Shown in pieces: positions 1-12,300 of a DNA stretch of 64,000 bases (position 1 is its first letter; each line of letters starts with the position of its first letter). The DNA lies in the NCBI GenBank assembly GCA_040954595.2, contig CM082579.2:7739625-7803624 (forward strand), written 5' to 3'. The notes under the pieces were generated by a model that made no database searches, had not been told where the DNA came from, and worked only from the letters and a program-made list of their open reading frames with translations. The position numbers were made by a program, and so were the translations under genes. Source of the DNA: Balanoglossus misakiensis (Eukaryota; Animalia; Hemichordata).

Positions 1-473
1 GCTGCTATGTCGACGAATTGGCAAGGATCTCCAAGAAATATCACACCTGCACCGACTGTTGATATGACCATGATTGCCTTTGAGACGGCTGTAAAATCGC
101 CCAGACTGATATACTTCAAGGCATGGTAAATCGTGAGAGAACTCCCACACAATGATACTGCCAGGAGCACGAGGAGTGTAGTTTGTTTGCAATTTCTATA
201 AATCAGCTTCGGTCGTTGGAAAGCAGCTATTCCCACAACTGGGAGAAGAGTAGACAGCGTCATTAAGAATGACTGTTGCGCTGGGGGTACCTCACTTGCA
301 AGGCCGGCAAACAAATTAGATACCGCATACAAGGGTCCGTTTATCAATGCCAATGTCACTCCCAACCATGGCTTGAATTGTCGACGACACGATCTGTCCG
401 TTTCCGTAGAACCGCTGTTCACATTGCGGCCATTGGTTGGATTTTCAGCTGATAAGAGAAACGTCTTTTCCAT
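1..473 (-). CDS. EamA/DMT transporter, SLC35G1-like, copy 1 (5' part; runs off the window edge)
   Basis: Not in the ORF track. Manual translation from ATG at 473: MEKTFLLSAENPTNGRNVNSGSTETDRSCRRQFKPWLGVTLALINGPLYAVSNLFAGLASEVPPAQQSFLMTLSTLLPVVGIAAFQRPKLIYRNCKQTTLLVLLAVSLCGSSLTIYHALKYISLGDFTAVSKAIMVISTVGAGVIFLGDPCQFVDIA, open to base 1. Same TM pattern as the neighbouring copies (GV.LA...G.LY, LG...V, FL.D....D). Confidence 0.85.
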   Translation of the reverse strand, partial: MEKTFLLSAENPTNGRNVNSGSTETDRSCRRQFKPWLGVTLALINGPLYAVSNLFAGLASEVPPAQQSFLMTLSTLLPVVGIAAFQRPKLIYRNCKQTTLLVLLAVSLCGSSLTIYHALKYISLGDFTAVSKAIMVISTVGAGVIFLGDPCQFVDIA

Positions 474-1288
474 CGTAGACTCTTTGTAATTATGTGCGCT
501 GAGTCTTTATGAACCTATACTTATATAAGTACGGATATGGCAGCGGTTCATGTCTGTGACTATTGTTCATTCATACCAAACGCATATATATGTGAGATAC
601 GTAACCATGCATTGTTCTCAGCAGCGCCCAGGTTCCGAAGCATGTTTTTTTTTCCAAGCGTTGGGGTGGGTGGTTTCTAGGCCTACTGCTCTGGGATCGA
701 GAAAATGGCATTTAAAACCGCAGCTACCACAACATGCACATCCCTCACCCAATCATTTATTCATCAACCTGGTTTGACTGATACAGCAAACTGAAAATTT
801 CATATTTGCCATCTCTCTCTTATCTCTTACGTATACCGTTTAGATAAAGGGGGCAATAAACACACCTCAACTGCATATGTGCGACTTTTTGACTCCCACC
901 CTTTAACCTTTTGGAGGCAGACAAGACCATAGTTAGACTTGCTCCAAGTCTATGGGCTTCATTATGTGTAGGGAACGCGTAGGCCGACGCTACCCGAAAC
1001 CACAAGCTCAGTCGCAAATTCGAAACTCGCCTCACTACCAAAAAACACGCTCAAGGCAAGTATGCACGCAAAAAGTATTGAAATTATTTATTAAGACAAA
1101 AAACAACGAAAACACAAAAAGTATTGAGATTTAAAAATCACCAAGCGACTAGTGGGTTAGTCTAGGCCATAGTGTTCAAAGCACATTTAATAGAGCGACC
1201 GTTGGTCAAATATAACTTATTTTGACGTCTTTGACTATAGTCCCATCTCGCGACGCAGTCTAGTAAATGTCCATGTAGAGTGACGTCT

Positions 1289-2323
1289 CTAATTCGTTCT
1301 GTCACCCGCCTCCAATGTCATCTTCGACTTATTTTCCCAGCATGCATAGCAGGCGACTATTGCTGAACTCGTTACTATAAGAACGCTTCCGACAATTTCC
1401 AAAACTTCCAAAGTTTGGCTGAATATGGCGACATCGCCGATGTAGGCCACCACAATCTGCGCGTTCGCTAAAAGTACAATTGTGGCCGCGTTTTCCTTGT
1501 GAAGGGCGAACATGATAGCGAGTGAAGCCAACATGTAGCACAGAGACTGCGCAAGAACGTAGACCCATGCGATCGTAGGGAGATGCCACGTTGCGGTGGC
1601 TTCGATGAAAAGCAAGGGAAAGGTCACCACAATGCCGCAGACTCCAACATACAACAAAATAACCACAACGTGCACATCTGGCACGCCACGAATAGCCACC
1701 GCTGAAATCGCAAAGCAAATGGCGGTAACTATACTGAGAAAAATCGACACGCCTTGGTAGAGTTCATGTCCTTCGTCGACGGGGTCACTTTTGAAACTGA
1801 ACGACGGTCCAGCTACGAGTATGATGCCGACGATGTTGAAAATACTGCTGATTGCGTCGGTCCTCTTCCATCGGTCACGTAAGAACAGACAGGCAATGAG
1901 TGGAGTGAAGATTGGCAATGCGCCAAAGGTGATGGACGACACGTTCCCAGCAAGGCCAAAGGTGAACGCATAATACATGGCGATTCGTCCAGCGTTTTCG
2001 ACCAGCGAATTGAGCACCAGTAGCCCGCGTTCGCGTTTACCGTAGTCGAGGAAGATCGGCATCCTGAAGTATGCCACCGCGGGCACGAGTAAAACGACGC
2101 AGAACACGCTCTGAGCAAACGTGGCTTGTATGGATGTCACCCCGAAACCTTGCGCAAGGACGATGAACACGGTGGATATGCCGTACAGAACCCCAGATGC
2201 AACTCCAAGCGACACACCAAGGGTCGACTTGCAAAGCAAGCGATTACCCTTATTCTGCGACTCACTTTCCTGTGTCCACAGGTGTTGGAGCTCGCCATTG
2301 TCTGGTCCCGACGTGGTCGTCAT
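1289..2323 (-). CDS. EamA/DMT transporter, SLC35G1-like, copy 2 (344 aa, single coding exon)
   Basis: About 10 hydrophobic helices in two EamA repeats (AGNVSSITFGALPIFTPLIACLFLRD; ALHKENAATIVLLANAQIVVAY). A tttttcag acceptor lies immediately before the ATG, suggesting a 5'UTR intron. Confidence 0.9.
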   Translation of the reverse strand: MTTTSGPDNGELQHLWTQESESQNKGNRLLCKSTLGVSLGVASGVLYGISTVFIVLAQGFGVTSIQATFAQSVFCVVLLVPAVAYFRMPIFLDYGKRERGLLVLNSLVENAGRIAMYYAFTFGLAGNVSSITFGALPIFTPLIACLFLRDRWKRTDAISSIFNIVGIILVAGPSFSFKSDPVDEGHELYQGVSIFLSIVTAICFAISAVAIRGVPDVHVVVILLYVGVCGIVVTFPLLFIEATATWHLPTIAWVYVLAQSLCYMLASLAIMFALHKENAATIVLLANAQIVVAYIGDVAIFSQTLEVLEIVGSVLIVTSSAIVACYACWENKSKMTLEAGDRTN

Positions 2324-3523
2324 TCTGAAAAAATATAACGATCCAACTGTGTTTCACCTGATATACACTCTGGACCATGATCATAATGTATGCGACCGTA
2401 TGTGTTTGTTATGTTGGACCTTCTGTGCCTGTTTCACCGTGGAATAACCTTATTAACATCACAAAGCACAGTACTCATCAATATAGGCCTGAATTGTGCA
2501 TGTACAATTTACCAGTTGTTTCTGCTGGCATAGTGAAATTGTCCGCCTGTGGCTATGATGTGGCTGCGCCGCCTCCCAACTCAACCGCCGTTTTTATTTT
2601 GGCCTTACGGCGCAGCCATAGCCGGACACTCCTGCCATGTGACTCCCACCTTACAATGATAAGTCGCTTCGGGCTGTAATAACTGCTCCAAAACTTACTA
2701 CCTTCTCTTACCCGCATAGCTGCGCATGCGTTCAATATACCCCCCTAAAAATAACCGAAACGCAATTCTGAACTCACGATTCGACACCGTTTTATTTCAA
2801 TTAACCAGCGGCCACAACCAAACGACGTCGTATTCACTTACATTTTATTGAATGAACGTCCCAGATCCTATAATTTAGATATATGTCTGAAAGGAAGAAA
2901 TGTTGCTGAACGCAAGACATTTGCGTGATATTATTTGTACCAAAGTCACCCGACAAACAATGTGTAAATTAACCTTGTCCTAAAAAAACTTTTCCAGTGT
3001 CCTGAAATGTCACACGCGAACAGCTATTTGTATGATAAAGGACGAAACAAATGGCCTTTGTAATTTTTTCCCGGCCGCACGTTCCACATATAAAGAATGT
3101 TGATAAAATGGCAATATCGTAATATTACCAGACTCATTTTCCCAAAATCTTATATACTCTGGGGCGTTCTGTGATAACAGAATTCGTTGTTTAAAAGGGG
3201 GGATTATTTCGTGTCACCGTGACAGCACATCAAATATCGTCAACGTTTCCTGATGGCATACAGTTTCCTTTAATCTTTAAAGTTGAGACGGACGAAATCG
3301 TTGAATTTTGATACGTGTAGTTACGACGCTAATCCGCGGTATAATATTCTGGTGAGTCATGAGTCAGAGTTTTAATTTAACGCCACGATGTTACGCGGCA
3401 AACAGGAAGCGGTTTATGACGAAGGCCAAGCTATACATGTATCTCCGTTAGGTTGATATCAATGCGCGCAATCCACCTGCAGGCAAGGTAGTCTCGGTTA
3501 CCCAGACCCCTCTGCTTCTTCCG

Positions 3524-4528
3524 CTAGGTCATCTGGGACTTATTTTCCCAGCAGGCATAGCAGGCGACAAAGGCCGAACTTGTCACGACAAGAACGCTGC
3601 CGACGATTTCCAAACTTTTCACAGTCTTGCCGAATAAAGCAACGTCACCGATGTAGGCCACCGCAATCTGCGCGCTCAACAGAAGTACAACGGTAGCTGC
3701 GTTTTCTCTCTGAAGTGCGAAAATCGCAGCAAGTAAAGACAACATATAACACAGTGACTGTAAAATAAGGTAGACCCATCCCATTGCACTCAGATGCCAC
3801 GTGACGATAGCTCCGATGAAAAGCATAGGAAAGGTTACCACAGCGCCAACTACGCCAATGTAAAGCAAAATAGCGAAAATATGCACATTTGGCATACTAC
3901 GAACAGATACAACCCCAATCGCAAATGAAAATGCTGCCAGTATGCTGAGGAAAATCGACAGTGTCTCGTGTGTCCCGTCATCCAGGCGGTCCTTTTCGAA
4001 AAGGAACCCTGCTCCAGCAACGAGAATGATACCACCGATATTGAAAATGCTGCTGACGGCGTCGACTATCTTCCATCGGTTTCCCAAACAGAGGCGCGCA
4101 AATAGTGGTGTGAAGAGAAGCAGGGTACCGAACGTGACCGCCGTAACGTTGCCGGCGAGGCCGAAATTCAGAGCATAATACATGGCGACACGTCCGGCGG
4201 CTTCGGAGACCGAATTCAGCACCAGCAACCCCCGCTCTCGATTACTGTAGCCGAATATTACCGGGTATTTGCGGCAAGCCGCCGTGGTAACCGCGACAAT
4301 TGCACAGCACACATTCTGAATAAATGTAACTTGTATCGACGTCACCCCGAAACCTTGTGCCAGGACTATGAACACTGTGTTCAGGCCGTACAGAAAACCG
4401 GACGCGACTCCCAGCCATACACCGACGGTCGACAGACAAAGCAAGCGATATCCTCTCTCCTGTGCTTGGCCTTCTTGGACCAACCGTCGGAGTTCGCTGC
4501 CGCCGTCTGCTCCAGACTTAGTCGCCAT
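3524..4528 (-). CDS. EamA/DMT transporter, SLC35G1-like, copy 3 (334 aa)
   Basis: Colinear close paralog of 1289-2323 (e.g. identical VFIVLAQGFGVTSIQ and ACYACWENKS). Confidence 0.9.
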   Translation of the reverse strand: MATKSGADGGSELRRLVQEGQAQERGYRLLCLSTVGVWLGVASGFLYGLNTVFIVLAQGFGVTSIQVTFIQNVCCAIVAVTTAACRKYPVIFGYSNRERGLLVLNSVSEAAGRVAMYYALNFGLAGNVTAVTFGTLLLFTPLFARLCLGNRWKIVDAVSSIFNIGGIILVAGAGFLFEKDRLDDGTHETLSIFLSILAAFSFAIGVVSVRSMPNVHIFAILLYIGVVGAVVTFPMLFIGAIVTWHLSAMGWVYLILQSLCYMLSLLAAIFALQRENAATVVLLLSAQIAVAYIGDVALFGKTVKSLEIVGSVLVVTSSAFVACYACWENKSQMT

Positions 4529-5597
4529 TCTCCTCTTTTAATAGAAATCTCACGGGGGACACGTATGTTCCTGTTTTAAACGCACACCGAGTGTTGGCCA
4601 GAGTATAATGACTCGCATATTATCTGCGCGCATCTTTGCATGGGATATCACATCAAACATTTAGCATGGCGATAGAATCTTAATGCGGCGATTAATGATT
4701 TTGAACATCCTGAAATCAAAATATCATAATTCGATTATCATTCCAAAGCGGTACTCGATAGTACGTTCACGTCCTCTTGACACTTGTTTGACATTTATCA
4801 TCTTTGCAAATATCAGTCCAAACTCCGATTTTAAAATAGCTTGGAGTTATTTTAATGACGGGGTGATAAAATAAAAACGAGGTATGGCAAATATAGAAAC
4901 ATCTCCGTTGCCAGCGCAGCCGCAATGTGGATTTTATAACCTTTTACCTCGGTTCAAACTGTATATGTTTGAATGTTCCCAGGTTGTTTGCCATATGTGC
5001 GAATTTTCAAACATTGTAAAGGTTTATCACAATAAACTCCCTCTTGAAAGAAAAGTCAAAGACATTTTTTAGAAACACGTCCAGGATTCCATAACCGTAC
5101 AAACTCTTTAGAACGCCTGAACTGAAATATATTATCAAGCACAATGTCGTGCCATTTTTACACATACGTCGGTTTATTCTGTATTCAAAGCCTTTGGCCC
5201 ATTGTACAACTATAACAACGCAATATGTGACAAAAATACAAACATTCACTCAATATTTGTAAGTTAAACAATTTACCTAACAGAACCTGCTCTGTACCTG
5301 TTACATGGGTGTGTTTTTAAATTGCTACTGCAAAATTTGAAACCAACCCAACTATTAAAGAGTATTTTCCTTGAAAACGAAACCAATTAATGCTATGGAC
5401 ATCGTGTGTAAACCCTACTGAGAAAAGTTACTGTTCAATTTGTTTCTGCAATGCGTCATTTTGGAGCGTTAAAGTTTGAGGAGCGAATTGGCCCGAGATT
5501 GGTGTGGTTAAAGTCAGTAGGGTTGTGCGTAGACTTCTTCGCTAGTGAATCCGAGTTGATTCATTTCTTTTGACAAAATCGGAATGTATTTCAGATT

Positions 5598-6667
5598 TTA
5601 CTCGGCGGCTTTGACTTCGCCATTGCTAACCTCGTGGTTGTGCTTCCACCACGTGTACAGGGCGACAATGGCCGAACTCGCCAGTATCAGCACGCTGCCA
5701 ACAATATCCCACACCTGGACGATGTCGCCAAACACCACCACGTCGCCGACGTAAGCTATGCAGATCTGCACGTTGGCCAGCAGGACCACCGTGGCGGCGC
5801 TCTCCATCTGCAAGGCCGAGATGAAGCAGAGCGCGCCCAACAAGTAGCAGAAGGACTCGGCGAAGATGAACGCGCACACTTGCAGGCTCAGGTTCCAAGA
5901 GACGACACTCCTGATGAAAATGGCGGGAAAGGTGAAGGCGGCGCCTATGGTGCCCGTGTACAGGAGTATCACGAAAATGGGAACGTGAGAAATGGCGTGT
6001 ATGGAGACGGCCGACACCGAAAATGATACCGCCGTCAGAAGGCTTAGCACAGTTGACACAGCTACATCCTTAGCAGACGACTGCCCGTCCGCTTCCCCAT
6101 GATCATTGGCATTCTCCGAGAAGATGAATGACGGCCCGGCTATAAGGATGATGCCGGCGATATTGATGAGACTGTTCAGCGCATCGACCAACCTCCACCG
6201 TTCTCCCAGACCTATCCCAGCGAACAAGGGGGTTATTATCGGCAGCGCTCCAAACGTGACCGAGGACACGTTGCCGGCAAGGCCGTATCGGAAGGCAAAG
6301 TACAGGGTTATCCGCCCGACGGTTTCGGCGACCGCGTTGAGCAGCATCAGCCCCTTTTCCGGCTTGCGATACGCGAAGATCGGGGTCTTCCAGTAGTATA
6401 TCAGAGGCGCGACCACCAGGACGCACAAGACGTTCTGGAGGAAGAGGATTTGGATGGACGAGCCCCCTCCGCTTTCGGTGAGGTTGATGAAGACGGTCGC
6501 CAGCCCGAAAAGAACCCCGGCCACAACGGCCAGAGACACTCCTACGGCCGACTGGAATGGAGAGCGACTCCGTGTCTCGTCTGGGTCGCGGTGCTGTGAC
6601 CACAACTGCTGCAGTTCTTCCAGCTTGGAGTCCGACCCTCCCTTGCCACGAGGCTTGATTGTCGATT
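5598..6667 (-). CDS. EamA/DMT transporter, SLC35G1-like, copy 4 (start codon in an unresolved upstream exon)
   Basis: Same EamA motifs (GLAGNVSSVTFGALPIITPLFA; ALQMESAATVVLLANVQICIAY). The ORF-track TTG start at 6683 sits in an acceptor-like tract (ttgctgttttcaacag|6667). A phase-compatible candidate first exon is ATG 6774-6747, but its donor is weak. Confidence 0.85.
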
Positions 6668-9388
6668 CTGTTGAAAACAGCAATTGTTTTGTGTCAACAT
6701 ATTAAATAAGCGTCAAAGCATATCACCAGACAATATATGGGTTCACGTAATAGTACTAGTGACATGACAGCCATTTTCGACAATTCCACGGAGAACCCTG
6801 TCCATGGGCTACCAAATTGTCTGAGTGACGGAAACATGAGATATAAGATGGCATCTTTAACTTTCGGTGGTAAATCACTGGAACTTCTTTGATAAATAAT
6901 GTTTTCAACGATTGTTCAATGATCTCTGCATACAGATATACACGATTACCATAAAACTCAAATTTCAGGGCGACAAATTAAAAAACCCTTTCCCAAATAA
7001 AAAAATGACGAGACGTAGTTATTGCTTCCCCGTAAAATGGAATTGTGTGTACGTCTGTCCTTACCATACGGCGGTGGCTGCAAGTCAAATTCGGCATTCA
7101 CTTGAAGGTTCTTCACCATTTTGACGTCGTATATATTTCAATGGAGCACAAGTCAACACTATCCTTTCATTCGCCTCACATAAAATGAACAAGCTGACTT
7201 CATGAGCACTGCTGTGACGTCACTCGCTCTTAATGCCGAGGAATCGAGTCCCGCCGATGCGCTTAAACAATACGATAATTCAAGCGGCAGCTCGCAGGTG
7301 GACAGGCATTGAATATTGGATCGAACGGCGCTGAAATGGCACTGGTTAAACAGACGAAATTATCGGAAGTGTTCGTCGGTGTGTCAGCCTCTGCCTTCAA
7401 GGACTTAAAAACCCACAGCGCATTGATAAACCAATAAAAGCGATCGATGTGAACTGGTGTTGGTCGTTGCCTAGGCGATGGTTAAATAGAAAGAATCAGT
7501 GAATCACACGAGTGAAATTCGTTTTGCGCTGAACGGATGCGGTTTGATTTGCGCATGACGTGGGAGACCATTTTTGTGAATCGAATGTACGTATTAGGAG
7601 GTCACTGTACTAGGTTTTTAATTCCAAAGAAATTAACGTTTAAAGAGGCCTTTTTTCATATTCCGCGTACTTTAAAATTAGACACTTGAATAATTCTTTC
7701 GTTGCCATGCTAGTTGTCGTCCGCGCGGGAAAAATTCTTCGGTTGCAAGGATGGGGTCGCATTTCTAATGGAAACCCGTCGTAACGTACTTGAGAACGCG
7801 AGAAGATATTAACACAATTTGAGGTCAAAATAGATGATGAGTAGTTCTATACCTGTGCATTTTCCCTCTAGGCCCATGCCATTAATTTAGACTCTCGTTG
7901 GGCTTAAGGAGAAATCCGGCCGTGACGTCAAAAGTGTATTACATGTGGCTGTCATTACCATTCGCGCACCAGTATGTCGTGATAGTTTTATTAAAAAGAA
8001 AGTGCGTCGACATCCAAGAAAGATTACCTTTAATGACGTTGCCTTTTTTTCTGAGCTATTGAATTAGCTGTGCGGACAAATTCATTTCCGGACTGGGAGA
8101 AGTCTGGTTCCCTGCTGTGTCCTCGGTGTTTCTGTCGCTGGCTGCGCTGTCCATGCTCGTGTGAAGGCGGTGTGCGTGCAAGAATGCACAACACCTATGC
8201 ATCCAGCAGAATGCACCCCAAGAACTCCCAAATATCCGAGAACCCCATTCCACTTTGCTCACAGACGAAGAATAAACACACACAATGTACATGTGAAAAT
8301 GCATTTATTTAGTTATATATGCAAAAAGCAAGCACAGATTTTGCACTTTGTGTCTACGCAAAAACTACTTCTACTCCTACTGCACCAAAATAACATTTAG
8401 ACAACTGTGTCTGTTCGATACAGCACAGTCAATTTAAATTACGTCTGGAACTTTTTGTCACACAAAAAATAATCTTACTGCATAGATGGCTGTATCGCCT
8501 ATTAACACCGATTTCTTTCATTTTTAATACTTTGAACACAATTTAAACATTTGAATGCACAAGTAGAAGATTGAACAGTGTGCTTACATCCTCAATTGAA
8601 GGAAATAATCGTTTGCTATGTTTTGTGACAAGTGTTAAGCCAGCTACTGTTGGCAAGCTCTGCAGCAACTATTGGGACTGTATATAATTCTGATTATTAT
8701 TTTTTGGGGGGTGGGGGTGGGGGGAGAGACGAAGACAGTTCCAAACTTTGCGGAAATGGGGCTACTCAGCTTGTGGAGATGGGTACTGAATTGACCATCA
8801 GTAACTGTGGTTTCACCAAAGGAACATGGTCGGACTTCTTGCCTTCATCTTGCAAAGAAGATGCGGGGCTCCCTGCACGAGACTGTCGCACTCTTCTCAA
8901 AACAAAACTATGAATACCTGCCTTGAACATTGTTTATCTTTGACAGAAAGCGCTTGCAGCTTCACTGTGATTTAACATTCAAAACGCTATAACTTTCACA
9001 ACCATCAAAGCAATTACAATGCGGTGATTACAATAAATGTGGTTTGGAAGTCACTAGAGGGTTAGAAAAAATCTGAGCTATTTCAAGTGACATCTCTGAG
9101 TTTTCGTTGCCATGAAGTCAGCTAAAGTAAACTACATTTATTTAAATATACTTATTTATTCATTTTTTGTCATATTGTTTTCTGGAAAAAAAAGTTATCT
9201 GAGTTAATTTAAATAGCAAAGCATGTTTCGATTGGATGAAAACTCTTATTATCCTGTGGTGATGCTGCAGACAGACCAATTGTGGCGTAGCTTGCATGGC
9301 AACCTTTCAGGCTGGCCCACGCAAGTACAACAGCTATTTATATCTGTGGCGTTTTCTGATACTGTTTGTGCCTGGGTGTATGTACCTC

Positions 9389-12300
9389 TCAGAGCATTCC
9401 GAAGCCTTTGGCGTTGGAGATGGCCTTGATGAGGCGTTCCTCCAACTTCTCCCTGCTGCTGTATTGCGGCAACAACAGAACGTTGAAGCAGGTGTGGGAC
9501 GTTGGCAACCTGAAATGACAAAACCGAATATGAAAAACTGGTTAAGAAAACAACCCAGGAGCAGAAGTTCGAACACTTGTGTGTTGGAATCAGAGTGTGA
9601 GAACTTATCAGAGATACAGCACTGCATTCTTACCTGTCAGAGTCTGGGCCATTTCTGGCGATGATCAACTTCAGCTTGGACAGTCCACCGATGGGTACCC
9701 GGTCACTTCCCGTCGTAAACATCAGCAGCTTCTTCTTGTCTTCTTCACTGAAGGCGTGCACAATCTCCCAGAATTGCCTGCGTTCCAAAAAATAAGAACA
9801 CGTGCCGTGGTAAATACTTTTCTGGTGCTTATTCACAGTGAATATTAGACACTGTAGATGGCTAAATATTTAACGGTGGGGAGGCGTTTATTTACCTGAT
9901 AATCGGACTGTCCCTGGAGAATCCACCATCGTATTCTGTGGCTTCTTCCAAAGCTTCAAAGTCCAAATGCTGAAAAATCAGAAAGTATGCGGACACATGA
10001 CAATGAGGTATTGCCAGACCGAAGGATGTTGACACAATGATCAAGGAATCCCCATGTAACAGACACAGTGTATTACAGTTTTTGTGTGAGGGTGCCTTGC
10101 ATGACACTTCTGATTTGGAGGAGAGGAAACCCTGTACATAATGGCATGAACCCTGACCTAGTGTTTGTTCTGTTCGATGTGTTCATTCAGCTATGGCTGC
10201 GGCCAATTTCAAACTAGTTGATGTATGTTCATGTTGGCTTTACATGAGTAATTAAGACCCTCATCTAGTTCACACTCTGCTGTCTTATACCTACCTTGCT
10301 GCCACAGACAAGCATCTCTACCTCTTCAGGCGTGAACCACTGCTTCAAGGGCGACTCGTCCGTCACCATGAGAAACCCACGCAGGAAAGCCCTGAACTGT
10401 TTCTCGATGGATTTGTTCAACACATAGTCTGCGTACAACTCTACAAACTCCTGCAACAGAGAAAAAAAAAACAATATCAATAATCACCACTAGGAACATG
10501 TCATAATGTCCCAAGGTATACATGTATATACCAAATAAGACCTAAAATAAATAGAGCAAAGCATAGGCAATTAGGTATATTTCTCCATGCATGTTTTCAT
10601 GGGCAGTTTGCTTATCATGCTGATGATTTTACAATTCTGGGCTTTGCTTCACAGAGAGATGAGTGATTCACCGTGGATGGAAATGAAGGAGAGGGCCGAT
10701 GACAGAAATGACAAACTGAGAACTTGAGAAGCGACACACACTCACCTGTCTGTTGTCGTTTGTGACTGTAACAGAATCGCCATTTTCCTTGAGATCAAAA
10801 GTGACCGGAGCACCAAACAAATCTTGTAAACTGATTTGAAATGTTTGCATAAATGTGTCTTCCACATCGCCTTCGTATTCCAGGAGTGACTTGAGGCTGT
10901 TGTATATGACCTGAAATATAAGCAATATGTAAATACAATGCAGGGTATTACAACTGATCAAAATCTCACTGCTCATATCTCAGTGCAAGACACACTAGCA
11001 AAGTGATCCCCTCCCTATATTATTACAGAGTTGAATGCTTGCAAATCCGGGACTCACCGGATGAGAGTCTTCCATGTCTTTTAAGTTTCCGATCTTTCCC
11101 ATGAGTTTCCTGTAGACCACCATCGGGAAGTGGACGTCCAGGATGATGTTGTTGTAGATGGCCAGACCCAGGACGATGCCGATGAGCGTGAACTGACCGT
11201 CGCTCTCAAACGACGTCGGGTTGAACCAGTAGCTGTTTGTGGTCTCGTCAAGACGAAACATGCCTAGTGGGGTGGGAGAAGAAACGCAGAACAGAAGCCA
11301 AATGAGAGAGGCAGAGAAATGAGCCCTAACTTCAACAATATATCCCATACACAATAGGGTGCAACATAAATGGCAGAGTTTGATATTTTTCACCAGTCAG
11401 AATTTTGAGAAAAAATCAATTGCTCTAAAACACTATGAAACCATTTACAATCAGCATGAGAGTAAGTTACTTTTATCAAAGACAGAATTCAACATACCAA
11501 TATCTGCATTAAAAATCTCCTCTACAACCAGCTGAAAAAACTCCTTCGACACGCCACCTTCATCAACCCCTTGTTCGCCGTCAAACTCCACAAACAGCTG
11601 TTTCTTTAAGTCTGCTGGGTTCTCCATGGCGATCATTTCCAACTGTGGTGTGAAACGGAAAAGAAAACGGGATAATATAGTTTCCTGAATTGCATGTGGC
11701 TGAATCAGTCTTTGTGTTCCTCAATCAAGGATTTCTAGGAGTGTTTCCAAATTCAATGATTTTCAAGTAGATTCTGCAGTTCAATATAAAGATAAAGGTA
11801 TAATGTTTATCATCTACATACTTTTCTGAAACACACACAAGTTTATGTGTTTTTTTATCTTGTTCAACATTGGTATCATTTTAAACCACTCGACTCAAGA
11901 ATAATGAAGTAAGACACAGTAAGTTATAGCTGCTAGAGTCTGGAAATCAAAATAGCACAGCACAAAAAAAGGGTTTTTGAGATTTGCATAGAGACTTTTT
12001 TTCAATGACTAATTTGCATGAGTTGGAGCAGGCCTCCCCTGCACCTTACCCTGACTAGCGCATCGTCAATGATGTGATCGCGCCTAACTTTCAGCCTAAG
12101 ATACGGATTAATTTGATGACCCTGTACGAGACTGTGCAACACCGTCATTCTTCTCTCGTTATACATGCGTATGCGGTTGTCGTAGTAAAGTCCTAGATTC
12201 TTGGTGGCCGGCGTCAAAATGAACGGGTAATTGAGGAACGAGAAACGATCGTCCGTTTCACTCTTGTAGTTGGTGAAGTCGCGATCCATCTCGATGTTCT

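Noticed and set aside
5626-6603. Overlapping alternative-frame and antisense ORFs over transporter copy 4 (similarly over the large UBE3A exon, CHST14 exon 2 and the PPPDE gene)
   Set aside because: Shadow ORFs caused by high GC at third codon positions.
7335-7356. AATGGCACTGG resembles the 5' end of miR-183/263 (and 31314-31326 resembles miR-125)
   Set aside because: The 3' parts do not match and no precursor hairpin is evident.
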